A stretch of DNA of 64,000 bases from Thermodesulfobium acidiphilum. Its GTDB lineage: Bacteria > Thermodesulfobiota > Thermodesulfobiia > Thermodesulfobiales > Thermodesulfobiaceae. Every line of letters begins with the position of its first letter. The first letter of the stretch is position 1. The stretch lies in NCBI RefSeq assembly GCF_003057965.1, contig NZ_CP020921.1:208100-272099 (forward strand), in the 5' to 3' direction. Below are positions 58,498 to 64,000 of the stretch, piece after piece. The notes beneath the pieces are model-generated. The model was given only the letters and a program-made list of their open reading frames with translations. It did not search any database and was not told where the DNA came from. A program made the position numbers and the translations under genes.

Positions 58498-59100
58498 ATG
58501 AATATTATGTTTAGAAAAAATAAATTCTTTATAGCGCACATTAACGACGAAACCTATTTCTTAATAGATAATGGAAAAGGTATTAAAGATTTTAGTTTCA
58601 AAGGACAATTATCAGATCAACTCCATCTAAAATTTAAACAATTTTTGGATTTATATGAGGTTAGTCTAGATGATATTAATTCAATTTATGTTTCAAGAGG
58701 ACCTGGATCCTTTACTGCATTGAGAACGATTATACTATTTGCTAAAACTTTATGTTTATGCCTTGGAGCACAACTCTTTTCGTCAAATATTTTTGAAATT
58801 TTTTTATATGGTTCAGATTCTTTAAAAGGAGTTCAAAACATGGTTCTTTTTTCTAAAAAAAACAATTATTACCTGGCGAAAGTTATCCCAAATAAAGGCC
58901 TTTGTGGATACAACTTGGTTGAAGAGAGAGAATTGAACAATCTAAGTGGATTTATCATAGGAGATAAACCCTTCAAAAATTTTAAGAGCATTTCTTTCAA
59001 AGATATAAAAATAAATTTCAGTATTTTTAGAGAAGAAGATGTATATTACTTTGAGCCTGAATATGGAATTGATCTCAATGTTAAGATTTATCATCGATAG
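58498..59100 (+). CDS. tsaB: t6A biosynthesis protein TsaB (divergent)
   Basis: GPGSFTALR motif, EPEY near the C-terminus; between tsaE and rimI. Confidence 0.8.
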   Translation: MNIMFRKNKFFIAHINDETYFLIDNGKGIKDFSFKGQLSDQLHLKFKQFLDLYEVSLDDINSIYVSRGPGSFTALRTIILFAKTLCLCLGAQLFSSNIFEIFLYGSDSLKGVQNMVLFSKKNNYYLAKVIPNKGLCGYNLVEERELNNLSGFIIGDKPFKNFKSISFKDIKINFSIFREEDVYYFEPEYGIDLNVKIYHR

Positions 59101-59114
59101 AAGTTAGTCTCTTT

Positions 59115-59588
59115 ATGGAAATAAAAAACGCGAACTCTTTTAAAATAGGTCCTTCAAAGTTTGATATTATTCCTGCGACGCTCTCTCATTGTGAAAGCTT
59201 AATGGAATTTGGCAAAGATCTTCCCTCATTTTATTCAAATATAGAGTTTTTAAAAAAGGATTTATCCGATCCTTTAAAGTGTTTTTTTATAGCAATTTAT
59301 AAAGATCTGGTAGTTGGTTTCATTTCATTTTTCAAGCTATACGACGAGATTCATCTTGCTTATATATATGTAAAAAAGGATTTTAGAAATATGGGTCTGG
59401 GAACTAGGCTTTTTAAATTCGCTTATGAAAAGTTCTTCCTTAAGGGAAAAGAAATATGGCTTGAGGTAGAAACTTCGAATACAACTGCATGTCTTTTTTA
59501 TACAAAATTAGGTTTTAGGATAGTGTATAGGAGGAAGAATTATTATGGAGAAAACAAAGATGCATGGATAATGAAGAGGGAAGCTTAA
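59115..59588 (+). CDS. rimI: RimI-like GNAT acetyltransferase
   Basis: FRNMGLG, LEV..SN..A..FY..LGF, RKNYY, DAWIM. Confidence 0.82.
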   Translation: MEIKNANSFKIGPSKFDIIPATLSHCESLMEFGKDLPSFYSNIEFLKKDLSDPLKCFFIAIYKDLVVGFISFFKLYDEIHLAYIYVKKDFRNMGLGTRLFKFAYEKFFLKGKEIWLEVETSNTTACLFYTKLGFRIVYRRKNYYGENKDAWIMKREA

Positions 59589-59591
59589 GAA

Positions 59592-62500
59592 TTAGCTAGA
59601 TAGTAGTGAAAGTAGGGAAATAGCAAAGCCAAATGAATCAGCTGGACTGGATGGCCTAATTACTATTTCTTCCTTTGTAGCTTTAACAAAAAAGCCACTC
59701 TTCTTAATTTTTTCAATATATTCATTATTATTTGGAGCTATTTTGATGCTGTCTTTTAGAATATTTAATTCCTTTATTCCAATTTTTGTGGCCTTTAATT
59801 TTATTAATGTCAGCAAGAAGAGATTCGATAGCTCTTTTGGCATTTTACCAAACCTGTCTTCAATTTCTTCCTGTAACGAAAAAAGTTCTTCTTCACTTTC
59901 AACTTTTTGAAGTCTTTTGTAAAGATCAATCCTTAATCCCTCTTCATTTATATAATTTTTGTCTATATAGAGTTCAATTTCAGCTTTTATTTTAGTAAAT
60001 TCCTTAACGGTTCCTCTTATTCTTGCAAGCTCTTCTGCGATCATCTCTGTGAACAGTTCAACTCCAATATTTTCCATATGTCCGTGTTGTTCTGTCCCCA
60101 GAACATTTCCAGTCCCTCTAATTTCCATGTCTTTCAGACTTATATTAAAGCCGCTAACAAGTGAAGAATTCCTTTGGATGGTTTCCAGCCTTCTTTTTGC
60201 ATCTTCTGTAATTCTTTTATCTGAACTATATAAAAAATACGCATAACCCTGTTTGAAGCTCCTGCCTACCCTGCCTCTTAGTTGATAGAGTTCAGAAAGT
60301 CCAAATAAATCTGCATTGTTTATAATTATAGTATTTACCTCAGGAATATCTAAACCAGATTCTAATATCGCTGTTGAAATGAGAAGGTCTATTTCTTTGT
60401 TTAAAAATCTCTCTAGTGTGGTTGATATTTCTTGAGGACTTTTTTGGCCGTGTAATATTGCGCAGCTAACATTTCCTACTATATTTTCTATTTTTTCTTT
60501 TAAATTGTTTAAATTAGAAATTCTTGCATCGACGACAAAAATTTGACCCCCTCTGTCAAGTTCTCTTAGTATGGCTTCTCTGACAATTACGTCTTTAAAA
60601 ACTGAAACTATTGAACGAATTGGCATTCTATTTTTTGGTGGAGTAAAGATGGTTGATATGTCCCTTAGTCCGCTTAATGCCATATTCAGAGTTCGAGGTA
60701 TAGGCGTTGCAGACAAAGACAAAACGTCTAGTTCTGTTCTAATCTTCTTAAACTGTTCTTTTTGCATGACTCCAAACTTTTGTTCTTCATCTATGATTAA
60801 TAAACCTAAATTTTTAAATTTTATATTTTTTGATAATAACGAGTGTGTTCCAATAATGATGTCTATTTTATTTTCTTTCAGATCTTTTAGGATTTTGTTT
60901 TTATTTCCTGATTTTGAAATTCTTGACAAAACTTCCACTCTTACCCCTAGGGGATCAAATCTATTTTTGAAAGTTCTATAGTGCTGATCGGCTAACAATG
61001 TGGTAGGGGCAAGTAACGCAACCTGTCTTGATGCTAGTACTGCTCTATATGCTGCTCTTATTGCTATTTCTGTTTTTCCAAAGCCAGCATCAGCTACTAT
61101 CAATCTATCCATTGGATATGGTTTTGACATATCTAGAAAAACATCCTCAATAGCCCTTTCTTGGTCTGGAGTTTCATCGTAACCAAAGCTCTCTTTTAGT
61201 TCTAGTTCTTCCATAGTAGGGTCTTTGGTGTTTGAATATATAGGTCTTTGAACATTTCGTCTTGAGGCTTCTATAAAAACTATTTCATGAGCTATTTTTT
61301 CGGCAAAATCTTTAGCTCTTTTTTTCTTTGAAGTCCAATCGTTTGACCTTAAACTAGAAAGTTCTGCATCATCTGGGCCAATATATTTTGATAATCTGGT
61401 AAATTCTTCAACAGGAATGTATAAGATGTCATCATCCTTGTATAGAATTTGTGCATATTCTCTTTGGACTTTGGTAAAATTCATGAGCTTTAGTCCGATA
61501 AATCTACCTATTCCATGATCTCTGTGTACTACCAGATCGTTGTATTGGAGTTCCTGGAGGCTAGATATACTTTTGCGTCTTGTTGTTTTTTCCTTTGTCT
61601 GTATTGTAGAAAACTCTTGTGACGTAAAGATTATTAAGTTTTCTCTGATGCTGTATTTTTTTGCCAATTTTTTGTCTATACCCAATATCTCAATGCCTGC
61701 TGGATACCTTTTCTCTGAGAATATTAATTGAGGGTTTTCAAGGTCCTTTAGGCAGTTAGGTATATGATTCATAGATACTTCAACTGTATAATTGGCATTT
61801 AAATACCAGTTAAGAGTGTTTTTTATATTTTCAGTACCCCCTCTTGGTAAAGGAGGTGCTGCTCTAACTTCCTTAACAAGAGGTTTTATTAACTCTGGAT
61901 TAAAATCAACTATATCTTTAGAGCGTTCTTTTGTATTAAAATCTTCTGCAAATAAATTTTCAGGATCCCTAAATAAATTGTAGATAAAGGATGGAATTTT
62001 GACATATATTTTGTTTTCAATTTGAAAGCTTCTTAGTTTTTTAATTTCCTGCAAAAGCCTGGTTATTTCTGATTGAACTTGATCTTTGTCGACAAAGAAG
62101 ACCATATTAAAGTCATCTAATATAGATTTTAGATCGTTTTTAAAATACAGATAATTCTCAATGCCGTAAAAGTTAGTGTCATTTTCTATGTTTGTTATTT
62201 CTTCAGAAATAATATTTCTTTCTTCTTTTGATAGGGCATTGAAAAACCTTCTGATTTTTTCCTTTTCATCTGGTGAAAATTTTAGCGTTTCTATAACAAT
62301 TAAATCAAAACTTTCAATTTCTCTTAGAGTTCTTTGATCTTCCGGGTTAAAATATTTTATTGCGTTAATAGTGTTGTCGCTGAAGATTAATCTGACTGGA
62401 TTTTCTGAGTAGAATGGGAAAACGTCTAAAAGCATTCCTCTTACCGCAAATTCTCCGGGCAATTCACAAAGACTCTTTCTTGTATAATTTTTACTTAGTA

Positions 62501-62930
62501 AATCTATCAATTTTTCTCTATCAATTTCTACGTTTTTTTTCAAAAAAAGACTTTGAAAATTTTTTTCTTTGGGAGAGAGTACTGCCTTTGTAGAACTTAT
62601 CAGCACAGAATATTTCTTTTGAGCAATTATTCTTTGGGAAATTATTCTAAAGGACGGGGAGAGTCTTTCTCCAAAGAGGATGTCCCAGGCTGGATACAAC
62701 GAAAAATTAATCTCTTCTTCTGAATTAGTATTCGAATTCCTTTTGAGCAAATTGTAAGCGTCTTGAGAGATTTTCTCATTTTTATATACAAAAAGAGCTT
62801 TTTTGTTTTTTTGTGAAAAATAGTATGCGAGGAACAAGGACGTTTCAAATTGTACGTTGATTATATTACTTTTATAATTTGTGATACATTTTTCAAGAAC
62901 CTTGTTAAATAATTCATCCAAAAATTTCAA
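59592..62930 (-). CDS. mfd: Transcription-repair coupling factor
   Basis: VVHRDHGIG, ETPDQ, DAGFGKT, DEEQKFG, SATPIPRT, QLRGRVGR, TRCF domain. Confidence 0.95.
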   Translation of the reverse strand: MKFLDELFNKVLEKCITNYKSNIINVQFETSLFLAYYFSQKNKKALFVYKNEKISQDAYNLLKRNSNTNSEEEINFSLYPAWDILFGERLSPSFRIISQRIIAQKKYSVLISSTKAVLSPKEKNFQSLFLKKNVEIDREKLIDLLSKNYTRKSLCELPGEFAVRGMLLDVFPFYSENPVRLIFSDNTINAIKYFNPEDQRTLREIESFDLIVIETLKFSPDEKEKIRRFFNALSKEERNIISEEITNIENDTNFYGIENYLYFKNDLKSILDDFNMVFFVDKDQVQSEITRLLQEIKKLRSFQIENKIYVKIPSFIYNLFRDPENLFAEDFNTKERSKDIVDFNPELIKPLVKEVRAAPPLPRGGTENIKNTLNWYLNANYTVEVSMNHIPNCLKDLENPQLIFSEKRYPAGIEILGIDKKLAKKYSIRENLIIFTSQEFSTIQTKEKTTRRKSISSLQELQYNDLVVHRDHGIGRFIGLKLMNFTKVQREYAQILYKDDDILYIPVEEFTRLSKYIGPDDAELSSLRSNDWTSKKKRAKDFAEKIAHEIVFIEASRRNVQRPIYSNTKDPTMEELELKESFGYDETPDQERAIEDVFLDMSKPYPMDRLIVADAGFGKTEIAIRAAYRAVLASRQVALLAPTTLLADQHYRTFKNRFDPLGVRVEVLSRISKSGNKNKILKDLKENKIDIIIGTHSLLSKNIKFKNLGLLIIDEEQKFGVMQKEQFKKIRTELDVLSLSATPIPRTLNMALSGLRDISTIFTPPKNRMPIRSIVSVFKDVIVREAILRELDRGGQIFVVDARISNLNNLKEKIENIVGNVSCAILHGQKSPQEISTTLERFLNKEIDLLISTAILESGLDIPEVNTIIINNADLFGLSELYQLRGRVGRSFKQGYAYFLYSSDKRITEDAKRRLETIQRNSSLVSGFNISLKDMEIRGTGNVLGTEQHGHMENIGVELFTEMIAEELARIRGTVKEFTKIKAEIELYIDKNYINEEGLRIDLYKRLQKVESEEELFSLQEEIEDRFGKMPKELSNLFLLTLIKLKATKIGIKELNILKDSIKIAPNNNEYIEKIKKSGFFVKATKEEIVIRPSSPADSFGFAISLLSLLSS

Positions 62931-62970
62931 TTAAACTTTCCTCTTTCTAATTTTCTTTTCTTAGTGATCT

Positions 62971-63549
62971 TTAAGGAGAAACCTTAACTTTCCCACATTT
63001 CATAAGAGCTTCGTTTTCTCCTTTTTCAAGAAATATCTCAAGGCACGTAGCAACACTTTCAAATATTTTGGGAAGACATGAAAGCTCAGTATTGTCAAAA
63101 TTTGAAAGGACCCAGTCTCTTGCTTTTACTCCCTCTTTTCTTCCTATACCAATTTTTATCCTTGGAATCAATTGAGTTCCAAGTTCTTCTATAATTGATT
63201 GCATTCCCTTGTGTCCTGCTGAACTACCCTTTGACCTAAATCTGATTGTTTTAAACTCTAAATCTAGATCATCATATATGACTATTATATTTTTGTGATC
63301 AATTTTATAAAAATCCGATACTTTTCTTACTGCAATTCCAGATCTATTCATATACGTATCGGGTTTGAGAAATATCAAATTATTGATTTTTTCTTCAAAT
63401 TTTGAAAAATTAAAACCAAGATTTTCAAATAAGAAATCTAAAAATAGAAAACCAACGTTGTGTCTGGTTAAAGTATATTCTTTCCCTATGTTTCCAAGAC
63501 CTACTATTAAATATAGCTCTTGTTTTGATGACAACCTGGTTAAGTTCAT
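62971..63549 (-). CDS. pth: Peptidyl-tRNA hydrolase
   Basis: GLGN, TRHNVGF, KP.TYMNRSG, YDDLD, GHKG, RIKIGIG. Confidence 0.95.
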   Translation of the reverse strand: MNLTRLSSKQELYLIVGLGNIGKEYTLTRHNVGFLFLDFLFENLGFNFSKFEEKINNLIFLKPDTYMNRSGIAVRKVSDFYKIDHKNIIVIYDDLDLEFKTIRFRSKGSSAGHKGMQSIIEELGTQLIPRIKIGIGRKEGVKARDWVLSNFDNTELSCLPKIFESVATCLEIFLEKGENEALMKCGKVKVSP

Positions 63550-64000
63550 AATCTAACTCCAAAATTTAGAGATATCAGGATATAGATAATGTAAAAAATA
63601 AAGTTTAGAAACAATAATTTTGGATTTATGGCCCCATTTTTAATAAGAAAATATAAGTATAATGAGGAAAGAATTGTTACTGAACACAAAGCGATAGCCT
63701 TTTCATCCAACTGCCATGAACTTAAGATTAGACCTGCCATTATAGGAAAAGAAGATTGGAATACCATTGCGCCTGTAATGTTTGATATGGCAAGATGATC
63801 TTTTCCTTTAATCACCCAGGAAATTGAGTTAAACTTTTCTGGTAGTTCGGTAGCTATGGGTGAGAATATTGCGGAAACAATAAAAGGATTTAACCCAATA
63901 ATATTCGATACAGATTCAATGCTGTTTACAAAAAAGTAAGATGATAATAAAATACCACACAGGCCAATTCCTAGTTGTAAAAATACCATTAGGTTGCCAG
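63546..64000 (-). CDS. Ca2+/cation (CaCA-like) antiporter, C-terminal part; frame open to the window edge
   Basis: Alpha-repeat-like PIATELPE and SNITGAMVFQ, multiple TMs. Confidence 0.75.
   Translation of the reverse strand, partial: GNLMVFLQLGIGLCGILLSSYFFVNSIESVSNIIGLNPFIVSAIFSPIATELPEKFNSISWVIKGKDHLAISNITGAMVFQSSFPIMAGLILSSWQLDEKAIALCSVTILSSLYLYFLIKNGAINPKLLFLNFIFYIIYILISLNFGVRL

Overview
AT-rich bacterial chromosome segment, densely coding and mostly on the + strand, made up mainly of housekeeping and metabolic genes. The gene set suggests an anaerobe with an outer membrane in a Firmicutes-like gene context, for example Thermodesulfobium-like; this is an inference, not verified. Contents in order: rsmI, metG-tatD-amrB-cutA-mlaEFD; an aspartate-family operon (apgM-thrB-lysC plus a methanogen-type DUF39/NIL-ferredoxin homocysteine pair); tRNA-Gln, pfkB, tRNA-Sec-selB-tatC-mobA/fdhD fusion-tatA; typA, alr, an orphan LivK, an HD-GYP gene followed by an internally deleted paralog remnant; glmU-prs-LysR-dnaX-ybaB-recR; two GT4/GH130 pairs flanking a TetR-led futalosine (mqnD-E-A-C) operon with a 50-bp palindrome; coaX, EF-G2, an ATP-dependent ligase, a degenerate YchF, a COG2122 gene, tRNA-Ser, the S6:S18 leader with rpsF-ssb-rpsR-yybS-rplI-dnaG-tsaE-tsaB-rimI, and mfd/pth on the minus strand. 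I saw no CRISPR array, transposase, integrase or prophage. The strongest leads are the GT4/GH130 glycan module, TetR control of futalosine genes, the sulfide-to-homocysteine gene trio, the beta-barrel MlaD, and hidden translation features (CTG start of rsmI, internal start of the lysC beta subunit). All family assignments come from motif recognition by eye; no database searches were run.
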